Translations under genes and position numbers: made by a program
Assembly: GCA_951406725.2 (NCBI GenBank)
Contig: OX597828.1
Coordinates: 40,114,001 to 40,178,000, forward strand
DNA: 64,000 bases
DNA from: Octopus vulgaris
Taxonomy: Eukaryota
Direction of reading: 5' to 3'
Shown: positions 1 to 13,180 of the stretch, piece after piece
Numbering within the stretch: the stretch's first letter is position 1
Layout of the letters: each line of letters starts with the position of its first letter
Notes under the pieces: model-generated
What the model was told of the DNA's origin: nothing
Seen by the model: the letters and a program-made list of their open reading frames with translations, nothing else
Database searches by the model: none

Positions 1-1816
1 GTTGGTAGCACTGTGTTGTATGATTCAGAGATGTTTTTTTTTTTTTTGCTGTTTAACCCCAAATTAACCCAAATGAAAAGACTTACGACCACAAACAGTA
101 TAGTTGAGATCATCATCGTTTCAGAAGGATGTCACAAACTGTACTGTTTGACGTATCCTTTCCTTATTTATGACATCACAGTTTGTCTGAGAGAGACTTA
201 GCTGTTGTTTCTAGCAGATCATATAATCACACAGAGGAATCCCTCATTGGCTTGTAATGGCATAGAGGCAGTTTGGAAATGTCACAGTCCAACATTATCT
301 TTAAGAGGTTGGAGAAATGGAATTAAGTGTCTTGAGATCCTAAAATCAAGTTGCCACGTAAGAACCAGTGGTATGGGTGCTGGTGCCACATAAAAACCAT
401 CCAGTACGCTCTATGGAGTGATTGGTGTTAAGACCATAGAAAGGTATCCAGCCAGTTCCTGTCAAGCCATCCAACCCATGCCAGACTGGAAAATGGACAT
501 TAAATGTCGATGACGATGATGATGATGATATTTAAATTAACAGAAAAGAGACGAGCAGATAATGAAAAATAAGGAGAGTTGCACAGAGAAATAATTCTTC
601 AGCTCACTTCTGCATAAATATAGAAACAATTTTAAGGAACAAGAAATGTGATCTTCCACATTAACAAATATACCATATAAGAAGAGAATGAACTAATTAC
701 AAAGAAAAACTTGCTTAATTCACACAGAAATGAGAACTAATTACTAAGTAGGACCTTATTAATTCACGTCAATGTGAACTAGATCACATAAATGATTTGA
801 TTTGTATTAGCAAATTACATCATAAATACATCAGACTATAATATCATAGATGGAAGCTTTGGACTTCAAACAAATTAAGAAATTTATTCTCAGCTACCAT
901 ATATATTGTAATTATCAATTGTCGTATTGTTTAGCCCTTCTTTTCTTGAATAGACCAATCTAGAAGACCCATAAATGGAGCTCTACTGTGACCAGCCTAT
1001 CTTTTTCACTTTTGTTTGTAGACCTAGTTTATGCTACAATGTCTCCTTTATTTAATACTTTTGGGTGGAATTAGAGGGAGATTTGGGTGCTATTTTTAGT
1101 AAGCTGGTAATCCATGCAGTGGCTCCATTACTGGATCAGTGTGTTGTTAGAGATTGCAATAGTAGTGATGGTGAAGTTTAATTCCAGGCCAGCTTTGATC
1201 CAGCACACTTAAGATTAAAAGAATTCCAGTTGTAATTATTTCATCTTGTTTTTCAAACCTAATGTATCTCAGACCACCTTATCCAATGTGCCCTTCTGTT
1301 TTTTTTTTAGACACAATAGGGCAGGGTGACCTGAAAGAGAGAGAGTAATTTGGTAGCTATTCTTTCTAGCAGATTCAGTAACTGCATATAGTACCTCTTG
1401 GTTTGATTAACCAATAAAATTGTCATGCCACTGGCACAGATTAAATAGGTTATCCATCTCCAGCTGTAGAGATAACAATAACACTTTCACATCTAATAAT
1501 TCCAAATGGAATCAGTTTATACTAATACCAAAACTATTTCTGAACATATGTTGTGTCAAGGTATGAAATGACAAATGCTTTGGAAAGGAAATGCTGTGTC
1601 TAATATGTTAGCTTCAATTTTGCACCTGAATACACATTTCTGCTCTTTTTATATCCATTTTTATCCATACTGGTACTGATAACTTCTAGCGGACTGTTTT
1701 TTTTGTTTTTTTTTAGACTAAAATACTTAAATCACAATAAACTATTATTTTCAATAAAGCACTTTTATCAATTTCATTTTTTTTATCTGTGTAGATAAAT
1801 TCAAAATTTAATAATA

Positions 1817-2252
1817 GTGTCGGTGGCACGTAAAAAGCACCATCCGAATCGTAGCCGAAGCCAGTGCCGCCTCGACTGGCTTCCATAAAATGCACCATCC
1901 GAATTGTGGCTGATGCCAGCGCCGCCTCGACTGGCTTCCGTGTCGGTGGCACGTAAAAAGCACCATCCGAATCGTAGCTGAAGCCAGTGCTGCCTCGACT
2001 GACTACCATAAAATGCACCAATCCGACCGTGGCCGATGCCAGCCTTGCCTGGCACCAGTGCAGGTGGCACGTAAAAAGCACCCACTACACTCACGGAGTG
2101 GTTGGCGTTAGGAAGGGCATCCAGCTGTAGAAACGTTGCCAGATAAGACCGGAGCCTGGTGCAGCCTTCTGGCTTCCCAGATCCCCGGTCGAACCGTCCA
2201 ACCCATGCTAGCATGGAGAACGGACGTTAAACGATGATGATGATGATGATGA
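1817..2252 (+). mobile_element. Retroposon family C with internal tandem subrepeats and (GAT)n tail
   Basis: Repeated GGTGGCACGTAAAAAGCACC units, an RTE-associated GGCGTTAGGAAGGGCATCCAGC motif and an AAACGATGATGAT tail. Related copies at ~345-530, 5884-6178 (-), 10760-10980 and 17873-17972. Confidence 0.8.
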
Positions 2253-2561
2253 AGCAACCAAGATCCATTAATTCCATTTGGAACTAATGGCTGTGAAAGA
2301 TTAAACAGCATCTGGCTAAGTCCAACAATATAAGCCTGCTTTTTACTGGCAGTTCCTTAATCCATTTGATACCAGTCTGCCTGAAACTACTCCTTGGTTC
2401 TATGATACAAATTCCTGAATTTAAATTATCTGAATTAAAACCTTCCATCCAGATTTGATTTATGCTCCAAATACCACTTTAATAATGACAAGGTTATTTT
2501 ACTAAATTCTTCATTATTTTCAAGATTTATTGAAACAAAGACAGTATTTATCTAGAAAAAT

Positions 2562-2917
2562 TCTTTTATTCTTTTATTTGTTTCAGTCATTCGACTGTGG
2601 CATTGCAGGAGCCTTTAGTGGAACAACCAACACTCAAAATTTATTCTTTGTAAGCCTAGTACTTATTCTATCAGTTCTTCTGCTGAACTGCTAAGTTACA
2701 GGGACGTAAACACACCATTGGTTGTCAAGTTATGGTGAGGGACAAACATATATACAATGGGCTTCTTTCAGTTTCTATCTACCAAATCCACTCACAAGGC
2801 TTTGGTCAACCCGAGGCTATAGTAGAAGATACTTGCCTGAGGTGCCACACAATGGGACTGAACCCTAGACTATGTGGTTAGTAAACAAGCTACTTACCAC
2901 ACAGCCACTCCTGCGCC
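2562..2917 (-). mobile_element. SINE family A copy (CpG-decayed), inserted in a TTAA-flanked MITE (~2357-2935)
   Basis: Matches family A in reverse with many CG->TG/CA changes; the flanks continue a repeat also present at 3961-4400. Confidence 0.8.
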
Positions 2918-3960
2918 TGGTAACAAAGGAATTAAACAAAAGGGATTAAGTCAGACAGAACTAAACTCACTGCTTCATTACTTCTGGTAAGTTCACCACA
3001 TAATTTACTACAAGTACAACTTTAGTTCATTGTCATTTTAGTAAAAAAGCTAATATAATTATTGTTGAACAATTTGTTTGACTGCCCTTAGAATATTCTG
3101 ATAAACCTTTCTTGGTCCTTCAAACACAGCAAATTACAAATTTTGAAACTGGGAGACATGAAGATGTTTTGAACACTAAATCAACACTTGCTAACACCAC
3201 TCACAAAATATTCAGCAACAAGTAAGGCATGGTTCAGAAAAACTGCATTCATGTTCATTGAACCTTTTGTTTTGAACCAAAAATATATATTTTCTCAAAC
3301 ACAAGTTGAGTACCTAATCAATATTTTATCAACAAATGAGATGAATAAAAAGAAATTACTAGCCATTTCTTTATGAAAAGTATTCATCAATGAGCAACTG
3401 GCCCTGATGACTTGGAGGAGAGGAGAATCAAATTGCAGTATGTATCAGACATCTCTATTAAGCTACTATAAATACGCACAACTTTAATCATGTCTTATGT
3501 AGCAAAGTCTGTAAATATTGTTGGCTGCATTTAAGAGTGGGTAACATCAAAACTTGTCTTTTATTAACCTTTATCCTAATGCTGGCATGGTGCTAGTCCT
3601 TTTATTGGGGTCATACTCGACAGCACAAACCAGTATGCTACTGTGAAATAAGTCAATCTGAGCAAATTCAATTCAAAATAGGGAAACATCCAATTGAGTG
3701 ATTGCCTAAATGTTGCAGATGAGTTCGTTTTCAATAAAATTTAAATTTTCAGGCTTGGCTACTGACATAGGTACACATCAGTCAGTGTCTCAATGGATTA
3801 GAACAGCATTGTTCTTAGTTTAAAGCTAAAAGTTCCTAGTTCAAATCCAGCCTCTGTTATGTTCATAGCCAGTAATAAAACACCTGATGATGACTGGAAA
3901 TCAAACTGATTGAAACAATGTAGACATAAATATTAAACAGTCTCCCAAAGACAAGGTTAA

Positions 3961-4400
3961 CCCTTCTGTTACCATATTTCTATTGATATTCACTACTTTT
4001 GTTTTAATGAATTTTGAAGATGACAAATTGAGTAAAATAACCCTGTCGCTATTAAGCTGGTGTTTGGAACATATATTAACATGAAATTTTGAAAGAAGGT
4101 TTCAATTTAGATTACTTTAACTCTTTAGCATTTAAACCAGTCATACACAGCTCAAATATTCTATATGTTCTATGTTCAAACAAGCTATATCTGACCTCTC
4201 ACACATACAATACAATATCATTATAAAACTAAACAATCATGTGACCAAAATTTTGAAGCAAGGAGATAATGTATGATAATTTAAAGCACTGGAATAAATA
4301 AGCATTACATTTGACAGAGTAATCTGAATACTAGAGAGTTAAACAGGAAATTTGTATAATAAAATATGGGGTAGTCTCAGGCATGTTGGTATCAAAAGAG
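3961..4400. mobile_element. Nested TTAA MITEs (4121-4338 inside a second family)
   Basis: Outer element TTAA|CCCTT...AAGAG|TTA; inner element flanked by TTAA at 4117-4120 and 4339-4342. Confidence 0.65.
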
Positions 4401-4830
4401 TTACGAGAATGAGAAATTGAAATCTTATTCAGTACTCAACCTAACATTAAATTATTTGGCTTAACTCATTGAGTCAAGTCCCTATAACAACACAACAATT
4501 AGTTAATCTACGTTCAAGAACTGCTCCAAGGAAAGTTTCTGAAGTTAAATAAGAAAAAATATTTAGACAGTTGACACCTGTCACTCACAATGTATTCTTC
4601 AAATTCTGGCAGAAGAAACACTTTTGTTTTTAGGCTATCAAGTTTCAGCTTGGAGAACATTGATAACCCTTTAAACTTTAAGAGTAATTTTTCACTTTTA
4701 GTTTCTATGAGATATTATCTCAGAACCAGAACATGTTTGCCAGGAATTTGACATATATTGAACCCAAAGACCAAGAGTTTAGTCACAAGAAAATACTACT
4801 AAGGGTTTCATAAATTAGCACAACAACAAC

Positions 4831-4861
<31 letters not shown>

Positions 4862-6179
4862 GCAACAACAATAACAACAACACTCTCAGAACAAACTACT
4901 CCAAATATCACATTGATAAAAGCACTGACTTGCCACAGTGTAGGATGTGCTCTGAGAAGGGAGAAAGTATAAGCCATATTGTTAGTGAGTGCTGTAAGCT
5001 CACACAACACAAATACAAAAGATTGTATGATAGGTAAAGTTGACCTCAGTGGAATTTGAACTTAGAACGTAAAGACAGACGAAATACCGCATTTCGTTCA
5101 GCATGCTAACATTTCTGCCAGCTCACTGCCTTATTATTAGTGACAATAAGATACAGCATGGCCAAATGGTTAAAGTGTTTGCTTTGCAATCACAATGTCT
5201 TAGGCTCAATCTTACTACATGGCATCTTGGACAAGTGTCTTTTGTTAGAGCCCCAGTTTGACTTAAGCTTTTTACAGAAATTAGGCTATATGGAAACTCT
5301 TTGGAAGACTGTCAGAACAGATTGTGCCAGTATTTCAAAGGTTCAGCTTTGTCATACTGTGATCATGCTAATTCTGTCTAAGGATTGTGGTAAGGGTACA
5401 TGTGTCTGTGGAATGCTCTGCCATTCCCATGCTAGACAACTGAACACTTGTCATCAAAACCAACAGATGTCCATTTATATTAAAAGGTTTAAAGATATGA
5501 GTAACTGTCTTATACATAGGGTACAAGGCTTGAAATTTGAAGGAAGTGGTTAGTCAATTGAATTGACCCCAGTAACTTGACACACATGTGGTAGGAAGTT
5601 TGCTTCTCAACTACACAGATCCAAGTTCAGTCCTACTGCATAGTACCTTGGGCAAGTGTCTTCTACTACAGCCTTAGGCCAACCAAAGCCATATGAGTGA
5701 ATTTGGTAGACAGTAACTGAAAAAAGCCAATCATATAAGTGTATTGTGTGTGTGTGTTTTGGTTGATCCAGAGCTACAGTAGAAGACATTTGCCCAAGGA
5801 AGTTTGGAAGTTTGCCCTGGAAGTTTGGAAAATAGAACATAAGAGACATAATTACATACAACCAATACTACCACTCCACTAAATCATCATCATCATTTAA
5901 CATCCGTTGTCCATGCTGGCTTAGGTTGGATGGTTTGACTGGGGCTGGTAAGGCTGGAAGGCTGCACCAGACTTCAGTCTGATTCGGCATGGTTTTCTAC
6001 AGCAACCACTCCGGGAGTGTAATGGGTGCTTTTACGTGCCACTGGCATGGGTGCTATTTGTGTGATGCCAATATCTGCCATGACTGCAATTTTGCTTGGC
6101 TTGATGGGTCTTCTCAAGCATGATATAATGCCAAAGGTCTTGATCATTGCCTCCATGAGGCCCAATGCTTGAAAGGAAT

Positions 6180-7066
6180 AATAATAATAATAATAAAAAT
6201 CCTTTCTACTATAGGCACAAGACTTGAAATTTGAAGGGAGGTGGTTAGCCAATTAAATCGACCCCAGTGCTCAACTGGTACTCATTTTATCAACTCCAAA
6301 AGGATGAAAGGCAAAGTCATACACAACAGAATTTGAACTCAGAATGTAAAGACATACGAAATGTTGCTAAGCATTTTGCCCAGTGTGCTAACATTTCTGC
6401 CAGCTCTCCACCTTAAAAATAAAGTAAAGTTCCTTCCTGAGTCATTGTAGACACATAGGACCAGTTTCCCAGTTTCTATGGTGATACATTCCCCACCTGG
6501 ATGGGATACCAATCCACTGCAGAATTACTCCTTTTCACCAGTTGAGTGGACTGGAGCAATGTGAGATGAAGTGTTTTGCTCAAGAACACAATGTACTGCC
6601 CAACACCCTAACCACTGAGCTATGCACCTCCACAATAATAATAATCCTTTCTACTATAGGCACAAGGCCTGAAATTTGGGTGGGGGAGTAAGTTGATTAC
6701 ATCGACCCCAGTGCATAACTGGTACTTATTTAATTGACCCCAAAAGGATGAAAGGCAAAACAGATCATAAACATGAACAAAATACCATTACGCATTTCAC
6801 TTGACTTCCTACTGATTCTGCCAGCTTGCTGCCTTAATAATAATAATAACAATAATAATAATAATCCTTTCTACTATAGGCACAAGGCCTGAAATTTGGG
6901 TGGGGGAGTAAGTTGATTACATCGACCTCAGTGCATAACTGGTACTTATTTAATTGACCCCGAAAGGATGAACAGCAAAGTCAACCAGTGGAATTTGAAC
7001 TCAGAATGTAGCAGCAGACAAAGCATTTCACCTGGCATGCTAACGATTCTGCCTGCTCGCCACCTT
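6180..7066 (-). mobile_element. Tandem SINE B copies with (TAA)n tails plus one family D SINE (~6424-6630)
   Basis: Three units starting AATAATAATCCTTTCTACTATAGGCACAAG, with a family D copy between them. Confidence 0.8.
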
Positions 7067-7093
7067 AATAATAATAATTATAATAATAATAAT

Positions 7094-8118
7094 ACTAAAG
7101 AGGAATATTTCAAGGAGACTCAGTGTCACCCTTACTGTTTATTATTTGTATGTTACCATTCTCCATGGTTCTGAGAAAGTTGGGAGATGGTTATAAACTG
7201 CGGAAAAACATGAATGCAATTAATCAGCTGATGTTTATGGATTCCCATATTCAGTCTGTACAAATTTACTCTCAAGACATCCAGATGGCATTTGGTATAG
7301 AGAAATGTGCTGTTATTGAACTAAGGAGAGTGTGCAAAGTAGACAGCAGCAGAGTACGACTTCCAGATGATGAGTAGATAAGAGAAGTGAACAGAGAGAG
7401 TTACAAGTGTCTTGGTGTTTTATAAGGTCAGATGCTGAACACCAAAATGAAGGAGAAAATTTCTTCTGAATATACCAGATGAGTTTAAAAGTTACATAAG
7501 TCTAAACTAAATGGAGGGAATCTGATTAGAAGCATCAACATATGGGCTATAGGTGTGATACATTACTATGCAGGTGTTGCAGAATGGACAAAAGAAGAAC
7601 TTGTCAACATGGATAGAAAAACTAAGAAAGCAATGGCTATACATGGATGCCTTCATACTAAAAGTAATGTAGCAAGGCTATATTTAGCTAGGAAAGTGAT
7701 GTGAAAGAGAACAAGTCCTTACATGCTTATCTGAGGAATAGAGATGTTGCAGGCTACACTGAATGAGAAGGTGATCAACAACAATGGAGAGACCCTCCAG
7801 GAATACAGTATATGGACTAACAGAGAAAAGATCATCAACTGGAAAGAGAAAGTCCTACAAGGAGAGTTTTTACAACAAACAGCAGCTGACGCCAATGAAG
7901 AATCATGGAGATGGTTAAAAACAGAGTTTTTGAAGAAGGAAACGGAAAGACTGACTCTTGCTGCTCAAGAACAAGATTTATATACTAATTCAATCAAGTA
8001 TAGTGTTGATAAACAGCGACATCACATTTGTGTAGAAAATCGACTGAGGCAGACGTATAATTAGTGAATATCTAAAACTAACTCAAAAGGAATACAAAAA
8101 ACGCCATGACAAAGCAAC
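7094..8118 (+). mobile_element. 5'-truncated, decayed non-LTR retrotransposon (R4/Dong-like) RT and C-terminal region
   Basis: Broken frames give GIFQGDSVSPLLF, INQLMFMD, MAFGIEKCA, YKCLGVL, LNGGNLIRSINIWA, LKKETERLTLAAQEQ and KEYKKRHDK, motifs typical of R4/Dong RT proteins. It has several stops and frameshifts and starts right after a (TAA)n tract. Confidence 0.8.
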
Positions 8119-8132
8119 AGTGTAAATATACC

Positions 8133-8363
8133 TATTTCTTTACTACCCACAGGGGCTAAACACAGAGAGGACAAACAAGGACAAACATACGGATTAAGTC
8201 GATTATATCGACCCCAGTGCTCATGTAGTACTTAATTTATCGACCCCGAAAGGATGAAAGGCAAAGTCGACCTCGGCGGAATTTGAACTCAGAACGTAAC
8301 GGCAGAGGAAATACGGCCACGCATTTCACCCGGCGTGCTAACGTTTCTGCCAGCTCGCCGCCT
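8133..8363 (-). mobile_element. tRNA-derived SINE family B monomer with target-site duplication
   Basis: Flanked by the 14-bp direct repeat AGTGTAAATATACC (8119-8132 and 8364-8377). It has head GGCGGCGAGCTGGCAG, B-box-like GAGTTCAAATTCC and central GCCTTTCATCCTTTCGGGGTCG. Confidence 0.9.
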
Positions 8364-9784
8364 AGTGTAAATATACCGAACCTAGAACCATGCAGTTAGA
8401 AAGCAAACATCTAACCATACAGCCATGCCTGCACCTATTAATAGTTAAGTCTGATTAACAGAGGATTCTAGATAATCCAAAATATATCCTTATCTGGTTA
8501 GAATAAGATTTGTCATATGAAGCCTGATCTGGGTTCTAAACTGCCAATAACAGCTAGCAACAACAACATCAACAATAACACTTAGTTAAACTATCATCAG
8601 TTTGTGCCGTGAAACAAGATCCTTGATAAGAGAAAGAAGAAATTCCAAAAATGTTCCCTTGTTCAAATTCATCCTCAACTGCTATAGATTACAATCAGGG
8701 AAAAGAAAAAAACAAAATTAAAAGAAAGGTCGGAGCTTTTCAACCTAACAGCTGAATAAATTAAAATTAATGACAATGGTGAAAAGTGACAAGTGAGAGG
8801 TTACAATATCTATTTTGACTAGGAAAACAAATCAAATAGTCTTTTCTATGAACTGTTAACCATAGTTTTTATATATATTTTTAGTTTTTCATGAATTTTT
8901 CTCTTTCATCCCTTTCTGTAATTATACATCACATAAATTATTGTGAAATATCAAATTTACCATTTTCCTACCATTTTACACTTCATAAAACATTTTTCAA
9001 TCTTTTCCTTAATAAACCATTAATAAAGCTATCCATATAGTGTGTGTGTGTGTATCTTTTATCGTTTACCTGTTTCAGTCATTGCACTACAGCTTTGCTG
9101 TGGCACCCCACACACACGATGAGCTTCTGTTAGTTTCCACGTGCCAAATCTACTCACAGGCTTTGGTTGATCCAGGGCTATAGTAGAAGACACTTGCCCA
9201 AGGTGCCATACACTGAGACTGAACTCAGGACAATGTGGTTGGGAAACAAACTGCTTAGCACAAGCCACATGTAATAATAATGGTCATTATATGTTTGTAT
9301 TGTGAGAGTGTGTTTGTGTATGTATATGTGCATATATATATATATATATGTATGTATGTATGCATACACATATGTATATTTTATTTGTATCATAACATTT
9401 TAGCAGAGTGTGATAGCATACAAAAAACACAGAATAAAGTCAATACTATTGTAGAGTTGTTATGTATACTAAGCAGTTAAATAGGTTAGTTACACTTCCA
9501 TTATTGCACAGTTTCACCAGTATAGATTATTAAAAGGGCATGCATATCAAATCATGTGTGTATGTATGTCACCATGTGTGCATGTATTTCATCTTCTGTG
9601 ACAGTCCTTTGTCATCAGGGAGACATGAAGGAACAAAGAAAACCACCAATTTGTATAGTTGCAGACGTATGTTTTTCGTGTGGATTTACAACTGGGTGCC
9701 CTTCAAACCATTTTACCACCAGACTGAGCACATCATATCCTACCCCAACACTACAGAGAAGGTTATATATGGATTAAAATATGC

Positions 9785-9864
<80 letters not shown>

Positions 9865-10989
9865 ACATACATACATATACACACATGCTTTCAAATCCAT
9901 TAATTGTCACTACTTAGTAACTTTCTAAAATATAGATCCAGTTTCAAAGTATAACAAGACATCATCCTTAACATAGAAGGAAATATAAATTGTGATATCA
10001 ACAACTGGTTAACAGGGGAAATAAAAGCACAGCCTGTTAGAAACAGTAGCCAAATCTCCAGCAGATTATACACCACAGACTTGAAAAGGAAAGTTCATAT
10101 GGAATATTCGAGAGAAAAATAAGACAAAATGCCTTTTAGTCATAAATCTACACTGTCAGAGCTGATCTGGGAACTAAACAACAACAGCAACAATTGGCTA
10201 AACTACATGAATATTACTAATTTTACTTAATTTGAGCATGTGTTTTGTATATTCCTATTTAAAGTCAACGTTTGCAAGTAACGATTGGATTATAAGAAAT
10301 TTAGAAAAATTAGTTTTATTTTGGTCTAATTAGGAGCAAAACTTAAATGTCATGTGTTCCAAGATTGATATAACATTTCAGTGGTGACCTTACAATAATT
10401 GTCTCTTGCTTAGTGAGCTGAAAAATTGACAGCAGTCCCAGTTAATGATACAATGATGATTGATACATAAAAAAAAAGTCAGCTATGAAAACATCAATTC
10501 ATGGTTATTGTGCAAATGTCCAAAGTTGCAGACACACTTGGCATAAATTGACAGCTTGGAAAACAAAAATGAAATTTGACATAAGAATGACCCCCACTGC
10601 ACAAAAATGTCAAATGAAAATATCTGAGCAGCAAAAATATCTCAGCAAAAAAAAAAAAAAAAAAAACCAAACTCCTTTCATATGCTTAAACTATTATATG
10701 TAAGATAAAACTGTTATGTTTCCATAAGTGCATGAAAATATGTCACACCATAGGTTTGATGTGGCCCAGTTAATGCTGGAGCCACATAAAGCACTCTGTA
10801 CACTCTGTAAAGTTGATGGCAGTACTAAAGAATACCCAGCCATAGAAACCATACCAAAGCAGACAGCAGAGCTTGGTACAATTACCTGGCTCACCAGCTC
10901 CTGTCAAACTGCCCAACCCATGCCAGCATGGAAAGCAGACGTTAAATGAGGATGATGATGATAATGACAGTAATGATGATGTGTATTGT

Positions 10990-11330
10990 CAAAGAATGTG
11001 ACATGATGTCATGACATGTGTTTCCAAGGAACATGGCAAAATGGCACATCACTCATTTCATGTACAGGATATGTATCACTGAAGAGCAGGACATAATGTC
11101 ACACCACCATTTTGATTTAAGATAAGTTTGTAAAACAACATGGTATAATGTCACACTGTTTGATGTACATGAAATATACAGTTGAAGAACATGCAAGAAT
11201 GTCACACAACCAGTATGATGTACATCAACTGTCTTGTCAAAGAATATGGAATAATGTCACACTCCGTCTGTACTCATGCTTAGTTTGATGTATATGAACT
11301 GTCTTGCCGAAGAACATAAAATAATATCAA
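10990..11330. repeat. Degenerate ~52-bp minisatellite
   Basis: About 7 units of AAGAACATGG.ATAATGTCACAC...TTTGATGTACAT; one further unit at ~10727 is separated by a family C insertion. Confidence 0.7.
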
Positions 11331-12240
11331 AGATGAGATACGAAGAAATTAGACCCTTTCAAGAATGTATTGCTGGTGAAACACTGCCCATGCATTTCAA
11401 CTAACCTATGAATTACTAACACATTTGGGGGAATTTAGTGAATTAAGTAACTTTGTCTTTAATATGCTACTGTTGGGAAGATAACAACATTATGAGGGAC
11501 AGTTATATTTCAAATGTGAACATTTTAAAACAGGGTGGTGTCAAGCAAATTGATATCAAAAGTGTGAAGACATTTACCAGACAGCATGTTTGGAATAGTT
11601 TAGAAGTATGTCATTGGCATCATTGTTTTTACACCAACTTTTTCCATGCTGACATGGTCTGGATCAAACTTCTTGAAGCAGTATATTCTACAGTGAGATA
11701 TCCTTCCTGATGTCAACATTTACTGCTTTCAAATAAGATATTTCATTTTCATGTGTCAACACCATCAAACCATTGAGCTGCTGTATTTTTTTTTTTGTTT
11801 TTTGTAGTTTATAACCAGTCACTGCTGCCCAGCTGGTGTTAATACAAAGATTATGTGGAAACAAAACACACACACAGACATTAAAAAATGAGGTAAAGAT
11901 TGCTCCCGAGTCATTTAGACTCACAGGGCTGGTTTCCTAGCTTCTGTGGTGTATATATTACCTCTGGATAGAACACTGGTCCATTGCAAGAATACTCATT
12001 TTTTTGCCAGCTGAGTGGATTGGAGAAACATGAAATGAAGTGTTTAGCTCAAAAACACAAGGTGTCACCCGGTCCAAGAATCAAAACCATAATATTACGA
12101 TCATGAATCGAACACCCTAACCACTAAGTCATGTGCCTCTGCCTCACACACGTACAGACATGCATTCAACCCATGCTAGCATGGAAAACAGACGTTAAAC
12201 GATGATGATGATGATGATGACACACACAAAACAAGCTTTC

Positions 12241-12420
12241 TTTTACTTGTTTCAGCCATTTGACTGTGGCCATGCTGGAGCACTGCCTTTAGTCGAACAA
12301 ATCAATCCCATGACTTATTCTTTGAAAGTCTGGTACTCATTCTATCAGTCTCTTTTGCTGCACTGCTAAGTTACAGGGACATAAACACACCAATGGACAA
12401 ACACAGACACACAAATACAT

Positions 12421-12464
<44 letters not shown>

Positions 12465-12627
12465 GACGGGCTTCTTTCAGTTTCCGCCTAACACATCCAC
12501 TCACAAGGCTTCGGTTCGTTTGAGGCTATAAGTAGAAGACACTTAACCAAGGTGCCATGCAGTTGGACTGAACCTGGAACTATGTAGTTGGGAAGCAAGC
12601 TTCTTACCACACAGTCACTCCTGCGCC
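12241..12627 (-). mobile_element. SINE family A copy
   Basis: Reverse complement of the 12783-13180 element. Confidence 0.85.
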
Positions 12628-12782
12628 TATAGTTTCCATCTACCAAATTTGTAGAAAATTTGTAAAGAGCCTGTTGCTGGTCCCATCCACTTACTGTTGT
12701 GAGCTAGAGATTTTTAGCTTCTCTGAAACCATAACATAAAATTAAATGAAGTTGATTCTAACATAGGAGGAGGATTCTAACA

Positions 12783-13180
12783 GGCGCAGGAGTGGCTGTG
12801 TGGTAAGTAGCTTGTTTACCAACCACATGGTTCCGGGTTCAGTCCCACTGCGTGGCACCTTGGGCAAGTGTCTTCTACTATAGCCTCGGGTCGACCAAAG
12901 CCTTGTGAGTGGATTTGGTAGACGGAAACTGAAAGAAGCCCGTCGTATATATGTATATATATATGTGTGTGTGTATGTTTGTGTGTCTGTGTTTGTCCCC
13001 CTAGCATTGCTTGACAACCGATGCTGGTGTGTTTATGTCCCCGTTACTTAGCGGTTCGGCAAAAGAGACTGATAGAATAAGTACTGGGCTTACAAAGAAT
13101 AAGTCCTGGGGTCGAGTTGCTCGACTAAAGGCGGTGCTCCAGCATGGCCGCAGACAAATGACTGAAACAAGTAAAAGAGT
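12783..13180 (+). mobile_element. tRNA-derived SINE family A, full-length young copy
   Basis: Head with A-box-like TGGCTGTGTGG and B-box-like GGTTCAGTCCC, CORE-like CCTTGGGCAAGT, internal (TA)/(TG) microsatellite and AAAAGAGT tail; more than 10 related copies in the window. Confidence 0.9.

Noticed and set aside
8575-8690. Possible minus-strand exon (polypyrimidine tract plus AG, short open frame VEDEFEQGNIFG...)
   Set aside because: No convincing donor before the stop and no recognisable protein similarity.
9560-9625. Minus-strand CTGATGA...GAAA hammerhead-like spacing
   Set aside because: Stems I-III cannot be paired convincingly.
10990-11330. Repeat-spacer-like pattern suggestive of CRISPR
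   Set aside because: Eukaryotic context, degenerate repeats, mutually similar 'spacers' and no cas genes; it is a minisatellite.
12783-12860. tRNA-like sequences at SINE heads
   Set aside because: They have A/B boxes but no complete cloverleaf and are attached to repeat bodies, so no tRNA genes are called.
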